This document shows, piece after piece, positions 49,260-60,728 of a stretch of 64,000 nt of DNA. The stretch is from Anolis carolinensis (lineage: Eukaryota). Below the pieces are notes generated by a model that saw nothing but the letters and a program-made list of their open reading frames with translations, made no database searches and had not been told where the DNA came from. The position numbers were made by a program, and so were the translations under genes. The DNA lies in contig NC_085847.1 in assembly GCF_035594765.1 (NCBI RefSeq), positions 2,480,001-2,544,000 on the forward strand. The letters run 5' to 3'. Each line of letters starts with the position of its first letter. Position 1 is the stretch's first letter.

Positions 49260-50264
49260 ATGGATGATGCAGAGGTTCTGAAAAGGAGAGGCTATGTTAT
49301 GGGAATCAATCTTGGCGAAGGATCCTATGCAAAGGTGAAGTCGGCCTACTCAGATCGGCTGAAATGTAATGTGGCAGTCAAGATCATCGATAAGAAGAAA
49401 GCGCCACGGGATTTCCTGGAAAGGTTTCTTCCCCGAGAGATTGAGATGTTGGCCAGAGTGAAGCACCAAGCCATCATCAAGACTTATGAGATATTTGAGA
49501 CCTCAGATGGGAAAGTCTACATTGTGACCGAACTTGGGGTACAAGGAGACTTGCTGGAGTTCATCAAGAGGCGAGGAGCTCTCCCGGAAGATGTCGCTCG
49601 GAAGATGTTCCGCCAGTTAGCAGGGGCTATCAAGTACTGCCATGAGTTGGACATTGTCCACCGGGACTTGAAGTGCGAGAACCTTCTGTTGGATAAAGAG
49701 TTCAACATCAAATTGACAGACTTTGGCTTCTCTAGACGCGTGGCTCGTGATGAAGAAGGCCGGGTCATGCTCAGTAAAACCTTCTGTGGATCTGCAGCCT
49801 ATGCAGCCCCAGAGGTGCTGCAAGGGATCCCTTACCAGCCTAAGATTTATGACATATGGAGCATGGGCGTTGTCCTCTTCATCATGGTTTGCGGCTCCAT
49901 GCCTTACGACGACTCAAACATAAAAAAAATGCTCAAGCTTCAGAAGGAACACCGGGTGCACTTCCCCCGGTCCAAAGTGCTGACAATCGAATGCAAGGAT
50001 CTCATTTACCGCATGCTTCAACCCGATGTCTCCCGCCGATTGTGTATCGATGAGGTTTTGATGCATGTCTGGATGCAAGAACCCAAATCCATTTCGGACA
50101 CCACACTGGCAAAAACTGGCGAGACTTCTCATCAGAACCAGATGCGGGCCTTATACGGCAAAGAAACGGGCGCTGAACCCTCAGACAACGAACAAGTGAT
50201 TCAAGAAGAAAGGCATATTGATATGGATAAACTCTCTGAGCATGTGCAAAAGCCCTCAGTCTGA
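49260..50264 (+). CDS. Testis-specific Ser/Thr kinase, TSSK1/2 family, copy B (334 aa, intronless)
   Basis: [46 protein letters not shown]; AATAAA at 50570 and 50802. Confidence 0.96.
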   Translation: MDDAEVLKRRGYVMGINLGEGSYAKVKSAYSDRLKCNVAVKIIDKKKAPRDFLERFLPREIEMLARVKHQAIIKTYEIFETSDGKVYIVTELGVQGDLLEFIKRRGALPEDVARKMFRQLAGAIKYCHELDIVHRDLKCENLLLDKEFNIKLTDFGFSRRVARDEEGRVMLSKTFCGSAAYAAPEVLQGIPYQPKIYDIWSMGVVLFIMVCGSMPYDDSNIKKMLKLQKEHRVHFPRSKVLTIECKDLIYRMLQPDVSRRLCIDEVLMHVWMQEPKSISDTTLAKTGETSHQNQMRALYGKETGAEPSDNEQVIQEERHIDMDKLSEHVQKPSV

Positions 50265-52010
50265 ACAGGCCAGAGACCTCGCAACAACCCAAAGATGATG
50301 GACAGTGGCTATCTGCGGCTCATCTTGAAAGGTCTCTATGCTAAAAAAAATAACAAAGGGAAAAAACATTGTGAAAGAGATTAGGGAAGAAAATAGGGAA
50401 GAATGCTTTTTCCAACATCAAGCGCTTTCAGATTTCCATCCTGGAAACCACCAAAAAGCCCATAAACATCTGCCCTGCTCCAAGTCTCCACATTTATGAG
50501 TGGATCAACATTGGAAAGAGAGAAATTGGCTCTCCCCCTCTTCCCTGTGTTCATCTTCTCAAAACTGAAAATAAAATCACCTGTAGATTGATTTTGCTGT
50601 AATCTGTCGGGCCTGATGGGCCCGATGTTTTTGTGAGGTCTTTTGCATTGCATCCCACCAGCCAGAAACCTAAAAAGTGAAACGCTAACTGTCCTCTTTC
50701 CTTTGAATTATCAGCAACATTGAAATACACATTTTTGCCAGATTAAAAAAATATATACCAATATAATAGTGGGATTTCCAATATAATAGTGATGCTGGTG
50801 AAATAAAGTTTTTAGGAGATATAAATAAAATGCATCTATTATTTTAGTGCCGCAGTGTGTGTGTGTGTTTCTCTGTCTCTGTATTTTTTAAAAGGTATCG
50901 TCCGCTTCAGTAGTGGGCAAGCAACGCCCATCGTTCCTTAGCAATATCTGCCTTGGGGCTTCTATGGTATGCCATTGAGTGTGGAAATACTATTTAATTT
51001 CTAGATACCAGAAAGCAAAGGTGGGCACCTGCCAAAGGTTGGAAAATTGCATTGGCTTTGCATGGCACTCGCATAGCCAGAAAGTTATGATTAATTCATC
51101 GCTATCCCATTTTTTTGGCCTGCTTTAAATACATCCGGTTTTTCCCTCTCCTTCCCTTGTCTTCAGTTTACTTCAGTTGCTACAAACCAAGTCCAAATCT
51201 TGCCCTTCCAGTTGGCTCAGGGAAAAGCAAAATACTGCAGGCTCTCCTGGCTTGTGTGGCATTCCACACTGATAACATATACCACTTTGACCATAATGGC
51301 AGGTATACTTTACTGGGCTGCGGATTTAGGTAGACATGAGACCTGAGGGACCCAGGAGATGCCTTTTCCTCACCCCTCCAGTGGGACAGTTTGGTGAGAC
51401 ATTTTCAATGCTGGTTCCTAAATATCGACCCCACGTGGCAGCAACAAAAGTGGGTCCTTTGCAAAAGGTCACCTCCAACCTACAGAAGGCTTGTCATAAT
51501 CAAGCAAAATCAGTACATTGTTGAATCAGTTGACGATTGTAAGACCGGAAGGATTGTTAGCTTAGAAGCGCTCTGCCTATAAAAATATGTTTCTGGAAGA
51601 AGTTTGTCAGTGGCCGAATCACCCATTTTGCAGGTCAGTATCTTAGATTTGGACACATTTCTATCATCTACCTAAAGAGCTGGGGCAGTGTAATATTTTG
51701 AGTGCCAGAGTACAATACCAGGTGATCAGGGTTTGAATCCTTGCTTGGCCACAGATAAGATATCAGTCACATTCTGGTCCCTGTGTGTTATCTTGATCTT
51801 CAGACTAAATAACGGAATAAAGATGTAGTAAATAAGTAAAGCAGTCACTGTGGTGTGAGTTTTGAAAAACGAGGTATTCAAATTGAATGCCGCTTCACAT
51901 ACATCTAGCCACAGATTGAGTGAGAAAGCTGTTTCCATTGGCTTCTACATTGCTTCCGTATCTGGCTTGAGCAAGACAGGTTTATTGGCTAGCTCCTCCT
52001 CTCCAGTTGG

Positions 52011-52024
52011 CTTTGTGACATCAT
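52011..52024 (+). promoter_or_regulatory. Variant CRE (CTTTGTGACATCAT) upstream of TSSK copy C
   Basis: Exact 14-mer shared with 49077-49090; ~165 nt upstream of the ATG; ATTGG (reverse CCAAT) at 51984. Confidence 0.65.
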
Positions 52025-52178
52025 GTGGACACATCACACCTTAAACAATGTTCCTTCTACATCATCCAGCTTCCAAGAACTCAACAGTGCCTTGATGATC
52101 ACCCGCCATTGAATACATGCCAACTTGCTTGATACGTATGTCCACCACGTGGACAAACATATCATAATAGCTGCTAAG

Positions 52179-53195
52179 ATGATGGACGATGCTGCTGTCC
52201 TCAAAAAAAGAGGCTATGTCATGGGAGGAAATTTAGGAGAAGGCTCTTATGCGAAGGTGAAATCGGCTTTCTCTGAACGTCTCAAGTTCGACGTAGCTGT
52301 CAAAATCATCGACCGAAAAAAAGCTCCGTCAGATTTTCTGGAGAGGTTCCTTCCGAGAGAAATTGACATCTTGGCCAGAGTCAACCATCGGTCCATCATC
52401 AAAACCTATGAAATCTTTGAAACTTCAGATGGCAAAGTTTACATCGTGATGGAGCTTGGCGCCCAAGGCGACTTGCTGGAATTCATCAAGACCAAAGGGG
52501 CGCTGCCTGAAGACATTGCCCGGAAGATGTTCCGCCAGTTATGTGGCGCCATTAAATACTGCCACGACAATGACATTGTCCATCGAGACTTAAAATGTGA
52601 AAATCTTCTCCTGGACAGAGAGTACCGAATCAAACTTTCCGACTTTGGCTTTTCGAAGCGCGTGGTTCGGGACGAAGAAGGCAAAATTATCTTGAGCAAA
52701 ACCTTCTGCGGCTCTGCAGCTTACGCGGCTCCAGAAGTGCTTCAAGGCATTCCCTATGAGCCCAAAATTTACGATATATGGAGTCTAGGGGTCATTTTGT
52801 ACATCATGGTCTGCGGCTCCATGCCTTATGACGACTCGAACATTCGAAAAATGCTGCGGCTCCAGAAGGAACACAGGGTTCACTTCCCCAAGTCCAAAAT
52901 CCTCACTGTGGAACTGAAAGATCTCATTTACCGCATGCTCCAGCCTGATGTGGGACGGCGTTTACGTATCGAAGATGTGTTAACCCACATGTGGATGCAG
53001 CCCCCAGCTAAACCCCGTGCGGACGGGAAAGAAGGAGAGTGCTCCCGGACTTTGACCGAACACAGGACAGCATCGAGGATAGATCCAGAACCAGAGGCCA
53101 AACCAGGACCATCTCCAGCCCATGTGGAGCGAGAAGAGGCAGCAGCCGAAAAGGGGAAACGGGATGAGCCGGACTTTGAGGTAACAGACCTCTAA
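52179..53195 (+). CDS. Testis-specific Ser/Thr kinase, TSSK1/2 family, copy C (338 aa from the first of two tandem ATGs, intronless)
   Basis: [13 protein letters not shown], all kinase motifs intact, KEGECSRT tail resembling mammalian TSSK1/2 tails; ATTAAA at 53390. Confidence 0.96.
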   Translation: MMDDAAVLKKRGYVMGGNLGEGSYAKVKSAFSERLKFDVAVKIIDRKKAPSDFLERFLPREIDILARVNHRSIIKTYEIFETSDGKVYIVMELGAQGDLLEFIKTKGALPEDIARKMFRQLCGAIKYCHDNDIVHRDLKCENLLLDREYRIKLSDFGFSKRVVRDEEGKIILSKTFCGSAAYAAPEVLQGIPYEPKIYDIWSLGVILYIMVCGSMPYDDSNIRKMLRLQKEHRVHFPKSKILTVELKDLIYRMLQPDVGRRLRIEDVLTHMWMQPPAKPRADGKEGECSRTLTEHRTASRIDPEPEAKPGPSPAHVEREEAAAEKGKRDEPDFEVTDL

Positions 53196-54108
53196 GGCCA
53201 AGAGACAAAATAACTGCCCTCAGTGCAACCAGGCAGCCCCAGGTTGTCTGAACAAACCAACAGGCAGGGAGGTCTGAGGAGAAAGGTAACCATTTTTATG
53301 GAAGAAACCTTTGGAAAGGGAGAGAGACTAAACGGGGGTGGGGGGGGGAGAGAAAAGCTTTCTTTATAGCGCTGTTTTAAAGCAATTCAATTAAATATTT
53401 TCTAAATTGAGACCTACTTTGCTGTCAGTGTCAACTACTTTATGATTGCACCCAAAAAGTCATGTGTTGGGGACTGGCAGCATTGGAAAGACTGCCTCAG
53501 AAGGTAGCTTAGATCCCTCCTTTCTTCTCATTTTATAACAATGACTGAAAACCCCATTCAAAAAGCAAACGTAGTTTGACCAGTTGAGTCAGCAGGAAGG
53601 AGACTAGAGGAATCATGCCCTTCCCAGTAGGCTCTGACAGAAGCAAACTTCTGCAGCCCCTCTCTCCCCAGCTTGTGTGTTGCTTCTCACAAATCACTTT
53701 TTCCCCCTTGATCACTCTCTGGTATTGCTTGGCTACATGAGTCCTACTTTTTGGTCGTGACATATTGGGCTTTTACCATGCTGGGCAACTTATGACCTTG
53801 TTAAACTGCAACTCCAACAGGTACTTGGCAGTCCGGATGCCAAACACACTTGCCCGTAGACATATCTGCCCTATTTTTCTTTAATTCTGAGGATAACAGA
53901 AACCTCTTTATCCCATTGATTTATCAATGTTCTCTTTTGAGACACAGTTTACGATTAAAGGGAAGGTCAGTCGGGATCCATGCCATCGCAACAGCCCAAA
54001 AGCCATTCCCTGCATACGCGAAATGTTTCACTCCCAAATTGTTTCCTGTACATTCATTTCTCTTTCAGTAACCCAGCAGAACCATTGAATTCAAATCTTT
54101 GCCAGGCC

Positions 54109-54114
54109 TTTATT
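54109..54114 (-). terminator. ESS2: Probable ESS2 poly(A) signal AATAAA
   Basis: TTTATT on +, ~305 nt past the stop codon. Confidence 0.6.
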
Positions 54115-54418
54115 CAAAGGCTTTCGGTGATCAATAAATAAAAAAGACCTGCCATTGAGTCAGATTGGCGTCCAAACGCTGCCGCAGCCATCCAAAACAA
54201 TTCAGAATGCATCCAAGGGCCCAACAATACGGCAGCTCTAGTCTTTTCTTGCCTGGTGTCAGCAACGCCCGGGATACAAGGAGCTTGAGTTGTGCTCAGT
54301 AAAGGCTACTTCTGCCACCACAACACAGGATTAGATGGCAGATAAACCTGTGTAGAGAGGCCAACTCCTCCGGCTGAGTCTCACCAGCTCCGCGGGACCC
54401 CACGAGCGACCGCAGGGC

Positions 54419-54704
54419 TTAGAAGAAGTCCGACGCTTTGCGCCTCTTTGGGAGCTGCAGCAGGTTGTCTGTGATTGAGGCCGGATCCTGGTTCACCGGT
54501 GTCTGGGAGAGTGTCCGGGGCGTGGGGGTGACGGTGGGCGTCTGGGGGCCGCCCGCTGGGGTCTTGTAGCCCGGGGTGCCTAAGTGGGCCGGGGAAGGGG
54601 TGTAGCTGGCCCGGAGAGCTTTGTCGGTGAATTTGCTGGCAGTCCTGTTGACCAAGCGCTGCAGGGCCGGAGACATAGCTGGGCTGAGTCCTTTAGGAGT
54701 GAGG
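54419..54704 (-). CDS. ESS2: ESS2 last coding exon (LTPKGLSPAMSPALQRL...SITDNLLQLPKRRKASDFF*)
   Basis: TTCAG| acceptor, TAA at 54421-54419; characteristic KASDFF C-terminus. Confidence 0.96.
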
Positions 54705-54743
54705 CTGAAATTAAAAATAGCACACACATACTTTAGGTTAGGC

Positions 54744-55642
54744 CAGTGATGGGCAACCTTCGTCAAAAAACCTAGCATGACTTGGGTGGTGTGACACTTT
54801 GAGAAAAAAACCATAATTTCACAATATGTATACAGTAGAGTCTCACTTATCCAACATAAACGGGCCGGAAGAACGTTGGATAAGCGAATATGTTGGATAG
54901 TAAGGAGAGGTTAAGGAAAAGCCTATTAAACATTAAATTAGGTTGTGATTTTACAAATTAAGCACCAAAACATCATGTTCTACAACAAATTTGATAGAAA
55001 AAGTAGTTCAATATGCAATAATGCTATGTAGTAATTACTGTATTTACGAATTTAGCATCAAAATATCACGATATATTGAAAACATTGACTACAAAAATGC
55101 GTTGGATAATCCAGAACGTTGGATAAGTGAGTGTTGGATAAGTGAGATTCTACTGTAGTTTAAATAACAAAAATGTATAATTGTAATATATAACTGTATT
55201 TCATAAATCAAAAACTATTTACTACCATTAATTCCATGTACAACAATCTATGGTACTTCTTGCATTTTAAGCTTCACAAAGTTTCCACACTTGATTTCTC
55301 TCTATTCTAGTTTCAATATAGTCATGAATAATGAATAATATAATATAATAGTAATAATATATTATACTACAATAATAATAGAATAATAAAAGAATGATAT
55401 AATATAATATAATATAACGATATAAAATATATGAACAGGATAATATAATAATGGGATATAATAATAATCTATATAAATGTACTGTTCATTTGTAGGATGG
55501 AGTAAACAAAAAAACAACTGGATGAAATGACACCAAATTTGGCCAGAAAACACTTAACAACCCAAGAGGTGACCACCGTGTGTCAGCAAAAATGGCTAGA
55601 CATGTCAGTGCTGACACGCGTGTCATAGGTTCGCCATCACTG
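54744..55642. mobile_element. Non-autonomous hAT transposon (copy 2) with a nested MITE
   Basis: TIRs CAGTGATGGGCAACCT / AGGTTCGCCATCACTG; TSD ggttaggc/ggttagac. Confidence 0.88.
54833..55155. mobile_element. Tc1/mariner-type MITE nested in the hAT
   Basis: TIRs and TA TSD; empty site visible in hAT copy 1 at ~1055. Confidence 0.9.
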
Positions 55643-56318
55643 GGTTAGACAAACCGCTAGAGCTTGGATAAAGAACCATTTCAGAGGCTGACAATTTCAT
55701 TTTCTTAGAGGGCCAAATCAGCCTTATGTTTGCATTTGAAGGGCCACTGAATCCATGGACAGAGAATCAATGGATACAGAGGACCAATTATAGTGTTTTT
55801 TAAAAATATCGTAGTCAGTGCGCTTTAGTTTTTGCCCAATAGAAATCAGATCCACAAGCCTTGTATCTCAATTCAAATCCCACTCTCCTGACTAAACAGA
55901 ACAAACTGCAGCCTTTCAAATGTTTCTATATCTCAACTCCCATCAGCTCTAGTTATGTCTTTTTTATCGTGTCAGCAGTGACTTGAGAACATACTGCAAG
56001 TGGCTTCTGGTGTGAAAGAATTGGCCGTCTACAGAGAAGCTCCCCCGGGAGCTGGGAGGCTTCTCTCATGTCTCCGTTATGATGTCTAATGACAAGGAAT
56101 ACAGGGATTGGAGTCCAGCATCTCCAATTACTGTATCATGTCCATAAAACGTGTGACTGAGATGAACAAATCTGCTTCTGATCTATGTCCGTTACCGCCA
56201 GCTCCTTATGAACTGGCAATTTCAAAACGAAACGTAACTAAACAGCTCTCAGAGTTCAGAGTTTTCTTTTTGCAAGCTGCCATTTCTTTCGCCTGACAAG
56301 AAGGAAAACCTCGCTCAC

Positions 56319-56434
56319 CTGGCCAGGTTCTCGGTGACTCTCCGTAACGCTTCCTGCTTCTTTGCCCGGTTTTTTGCGGCTGCCTCATTGGCCATCTTCA
56401 GCCCAAGCCTCTCTCTGCGGCCAGGCTCCAGAAT
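56319..56434 (-). CDS. ESS2: ESS2 exon (ILEPGRRERLGLKMANEAAAKNRAKKQEALRRVTENLA)
   Basis: TAG| and |GTGAG, 116 nt. Confidence 0.95.
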
Positions 56435-56660
56435 CTACAAAGACAAGAGTCAGGTTGGGGGCCAGTGAATTTCGGAGAAATATTTTGCATTATGTCACTT
56501 GAGAACAACAGTCCCCAAAAAGGTGCACTCTGAATGTGTTTCACTGTAATGGGAATTCTGGATCCCAAAACATCTGGAGAGTAACAGAAGAGGGGAGAAT
56601 AGTTTTGTTGTACCTTAAGGACAAGCTAAACCCCAGCTTCACAGGAGAACTGTCCAATAC

Positions 56661-56770
56661 CTTGAATGCTGGTCCGGGGGTCCTGTCCACGTAAGGTGTG
56701 TCGGAGCCTTCGAGCCGCAAAGGGGTGCTTTCTATTTCCCCCCAAGTCATCAGAGGAGAGTCATTCACAC
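56661..56770 (-). CDS. ESS2: ESS2 exon (GVNDSPLMTWGEIESTPLRL...GPAFK)
   Basis: TAG| and |GTATT, 110 nt; SPLMTWG motif. Confidence 0.95.
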
Positions 56771-56802
56771 CTATGGAGAGAGTTGTACAAGTCAATCTAA
56801 AT

Positions 56803-57632
56803 CAGTGGTTCCCAAACTTATTTGGCCTGCCACCCCCTTTCCAGAAAAAAATATGACTCAGCGCCCCCTGGAAAGGGGTGGGCGTGGCTTAGAGGGGTGG
56901 GCGGGGCTCCTGCTCAAGAGGGTGGGGCTGAGTCTCTCCCCTAGTCCAAGATGCAGGGCTGCGACAGGAGGTGGGCCGGGCCACAAATGGGCGGAGTTAC
57001 GAGCTCTGAGTCAGGGCTGAGCATCTATCCCTGTCCTGTGGCGCCTTCCAGGACACATGGGGCAGGGCTAGAGGAGGTGGTGGGGCCTCTTCCCAAGTGC
57101 CTGACGGGGCTGAACCTCTATAACCCGCCCCCGTGTTCTAACAAGCGCCTCAGGGAAGGTATATAGAGGCTCAGCCCTGTCTCGCACTCTTAGGAAGAGG
57201 CCCGCCCCCACCCCTAGCCCCGGAGAGGTATAGAGGCTCAGCCCTGTCTCAGGCTCTTGGATGGAGGCCCTGCCTCGTTTCCTAGCTCTGCCCTCTGTCC
57301 CAACAAGAGCCTCAGGAGAGATATAGAGGCTCAGCCCTGTCTCGGGCTCTTGGAAGGAGGCCCCGCCCCCTTCCCTAGCTCCGTTCTCTGTGTCCCAACA
57401 AGCGCCTCAGGAGAGGTATAGATTCTCAGCCCTGTCTTGGGCTCTTGGGAAGAAGCCACACCCACTCCTCTAGCTCCGCCCCCTGTGTGAACTAACAGGA
57501 GCCTCAGGTGCTCAGCCCTGTCTCCAGCACTTGGGAAGAGGCCCCGCCCCTCCTCTGGCCCCGCCCCTGTGTCCGAATAGGTGCCATCATCACCCCCCTG
57601 GATCGCTCCAGCACCCACTTAAGAAATCACTG
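56803..57632. mobile_element. GC-rich hAT-type element with internal ~60-90 bp subrepeats in inverted arrangement
   Basis: Ends CAGTGGTTCCC / AAGAAATCACTG; 8-bp TSD atctaaat/gtctaaat; repeated TATAGAGGCTCAGCCCTGTCTC and CCCCGCCCC. Confidence 0.8.
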
Positions 57633-58604
57633 GTCTAAATGAAACACGGCTGTGCAGGGGCTTAAAGTGTGTCGGGCCACAATGTGAACATTTGCACACT
57701 CTTCTTGAAAGTCACCTTGGAGAAAGGCAGGATATAAATTAAAATGAATAAAATAAGTTCTATCTCTGCCTCAGACGCCCACCGCCTCCCAAGAGGCCCC
57801 TTCCACAGCCCACAGAGAGGAATTAATGCTTCAAAAGCGAGATTTGGGGAAAGCGGTTAGCAAACGCAACCAAGGGGATCAGCTCCGCTTTCCTCCGCTA
57901 CCTCCGCCCCGGTAATCCCTGCATTGCCGCAGTGCCCTGGGTCCTTGCGACAACAAGGAAATCTCTTGGACACACATTGCCTTTGCCGTAACAAGCTTGC
58001 CCTAAAGTACTCCTGCACTAAGACATAAAACAACACAATCGCGGGTAAATATTGATTCTGTCGGTGTGCCGTTCGTTTGGTCAAAACTTTGGCGGCGGAT
58101 TTTATCTACCTGATCTGCCAATTGAGGGCCTCAATTAGCAGTGTCGCTCTCATTATGTGTGTGTACTCAGGGGCTGAGCATTTAGCCGTGCTTGCTAACA
58201 AAACAGTTCTGCTTTGCTGAACAGCAATCCCATTTATTTATGTACTTAGCGAATATACTAATGCACAGGTCGCCCTCATGTATAAGTTTATTTACTGTGT
58301 CAGAAGCGAATTGAGGATACAGTTATCATGATAATAACTCACATATAAGCGAAGGGCAAGTTTTAGGGCCAAAACTACAGATTTTAATATGATCCATAAG
58401 ACAAAGTTGATTCTAAAGAAAAGGAAATACCGAGGACAATTTCCGAGAGCCAGAAGGCTGTGTTAATGGTTTTTCTTCTCTTACTGGTTGTAGAAAATTG
58501 AGGAAATAAAACCATTAGGAGAAAATGTAAAACCCTTAAACTGGGTACTTTAGATCTATATGTAGTCAATGTTTAGGGTATGTTTTTTATATTAGGAAAA
58601 TGTA

Positions 58605-59437
58605 CCGTATATACTCGAGTATAAGCCAACCCGAATATAAGACGAGGCACCTAATTTTACCACAAAAAAACTGGGAAAACATTGACTCCAGTATAAGCCA
58701 AGATACCAATAAAATTACATTAATTGAGGCATCAGTAGTTTAAATGTTTTTGAATCTTTACATCAAACTGTAATTTAAGATAGGACTGTTAACTCTGATT
58801 AAATCATTATTTTCATCTTCTTCAATGTAAATGTGCTTATGTATCCTTTTAATAATAATAGAGTGAAATAATAAATGTAATAGTAATAATAATAAATGCA
58901 GTAAAATAATAAATGTAATAATAAATAGAGTAAAATAATAAATGTGACAATACAGCAGAGTCTCACTTATCCAAGCCTCGCTTATCCAAGCTTCTGGATT
59001 ATCTAAGCCATTTTTGTAGTCAATGTTTTCAATATATCATGATATTTTGGTGCTAAATTCGTAAATACAGTAATTACAACATAACATTACTGCATATTGA
59101 ACTGCTTTTTCTGTCAAATTTGTTGTATAGCATGATGTTTTGGTGCTTACTTTGTAAAATCATAACCTAATTTGATGTTTAATAGGCTTTTCCTTAATCC
59201 CTCCTTATTATCCAAGATATTCGCTGATCCAAGCTTCTGCCGGCCTGTTTAGCTTGGATAAGTGAGACTCTACTGTACCAATAATAGAGAAAAATAATAA
59301 ATATACCATGTATACTTGAGTATAAGCCGACCTGAATATAAGCCCCCCAGGACCCTCACCCGAGGATAAGCCAAGGAGGGTTTTTTTCAGTCCTAAAAAA
59401 GGGCTGAAAAACTAGGCTTATACTCAATTATATACAG
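58605..59437. mobile_element. Tc1/pogo-like non-autonomous transposon with a nested MITE (58953-59275); right half duplicated at ~59455-59728
   Basis: TIRs and TA TSD; the nested MITE has its own TIRs and TA TSD. Confidence 0.85.
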
Positions 59438-59993
59438 TATCTATATCCTCCTACATATGTATCCTTTTAATAATAATAGAGTGAAACACTAAATGTAATA
59501 ATAAATAGAGTAAAATAATAAATGTATTAATAATAATAAAAATAGAGTAAAATAATAAATGTAACAATACCAATAATAGAGAAAAATAATAAATATACCA
59601 TATATACTTGAGTATAAGCTGACCTGAATATAAGCCCATCAGGACCCTCACCCGAGTATAAGCCGAGGAGGTTTTTTTTCAGTCCTAAAAAAGGGCTGAA
59701 AAACTAGGCTTATACTCGAGTATATACATTTGTTTTTGTCTTTGTATTGGTTTTGTCTTATGGTTTGCATTCATGCTTTTTCTGTTTGTTGGATTTTGTG
59801 TCCATTTTTCTAAATAAAACTTATCAACAATAATAAGAGGTGGGGACAGTTCCTTTTTGGATAGGAGTTAAAGCACAGTGCTTACGTTGACTTATGAGTA
59901 AGTCAACAACAGTGTTTTGGGCTGATCTTGTGACTAAAATTTCAAGAATTATACATGAGCTTTTTTAATGCAATATACAAGTCTTTGTCTTAC

Positions 59994-60096
59994 CTGGCGC
60001 AGGGGACGGGGTGGCCACAAATCCATAGCCATTAACCTTGGGGGATTCTTGGGGGATGAGTTCTTTCCCATCGGGGCCAACTTTCCCCTGCTTGTA
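59994..60096 (-). CDS. ESS2: ESS2 exon (YKQGKVGPDGKELIPQESPKVNGYGFVATPSPAP)
   Basis: TAG| after a (TC)n tract and |GTAAG, 103 nt. Confidence 0.95.
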
Positions 60097-60728
60097 CTAA
60101 ATTTAACAGAGAGAGAGAGAGAGAGAGTATTGCTAAGCAACCATCACACTGGATCTTAAAAGCTGAGCCTACCATTTGATAAACATGCTTTACAGACGTG
60201 TGACATTCTGACATTTCTTTAGAAAATCCAAAGTCGCTCAGAATCAGAGGGAGAAAAACACTATTCAGTGAAGAAAAATGAAAGACATAAAATCCGAGGC
60301 AGATCAACACAGTTAAGTCCAAATTAAGGGGAAAGAATCAAAAACGTAGATTACATATTGGGCTATTGGGTTATGACCTGTTAGGATCACAACCTAATGG
60401 GGATTATGACCTGTTAGGATCATAACCTATTGAGGAGCAGAGTTTCAGAGGTGTTGCTTTAGCTTATTGGGTAATGGAAGATCACTGGGTGCATAAATAT
60501 CTTGTTTCTATTCAATACTCTCAGCACACAAAGGTTCAAGTAGACAAATATATTTGTTTTACACATAACTTCATGTATTTAAAAGATACAGGTACATTTC
60601 TTGTCAGGTTAAACTTTAAAACGTTTCAGTTTGTATCTTTAACCTATAATCTCTAACAGTCTCTTCAAAACTATATTGCTTTGAACAGCTCTATTTTATA
60701 ACAGTCTACTTCCAAGGAACTCGGGTCT

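Noticed and set aside
45221-52178. N-terminal extensions of the TSSK ORFs in the track (starts at 45221, 49251, 52125)
   Set aside because: These are TTG starts from the ORF caller; the family begins at MDD
45287-53208. Antisense ORFs overlapping the TSSK genes, similar between copies
   Set aside because: Shadows of conserved sense-strand codons
4497-53349. Scattered poly-G runs (4497, ~31198, 37691, 39506, 46936, ~53340) as a G-quadruplex system
   Set aside because: Isolated mononucleotide runs with no shared context
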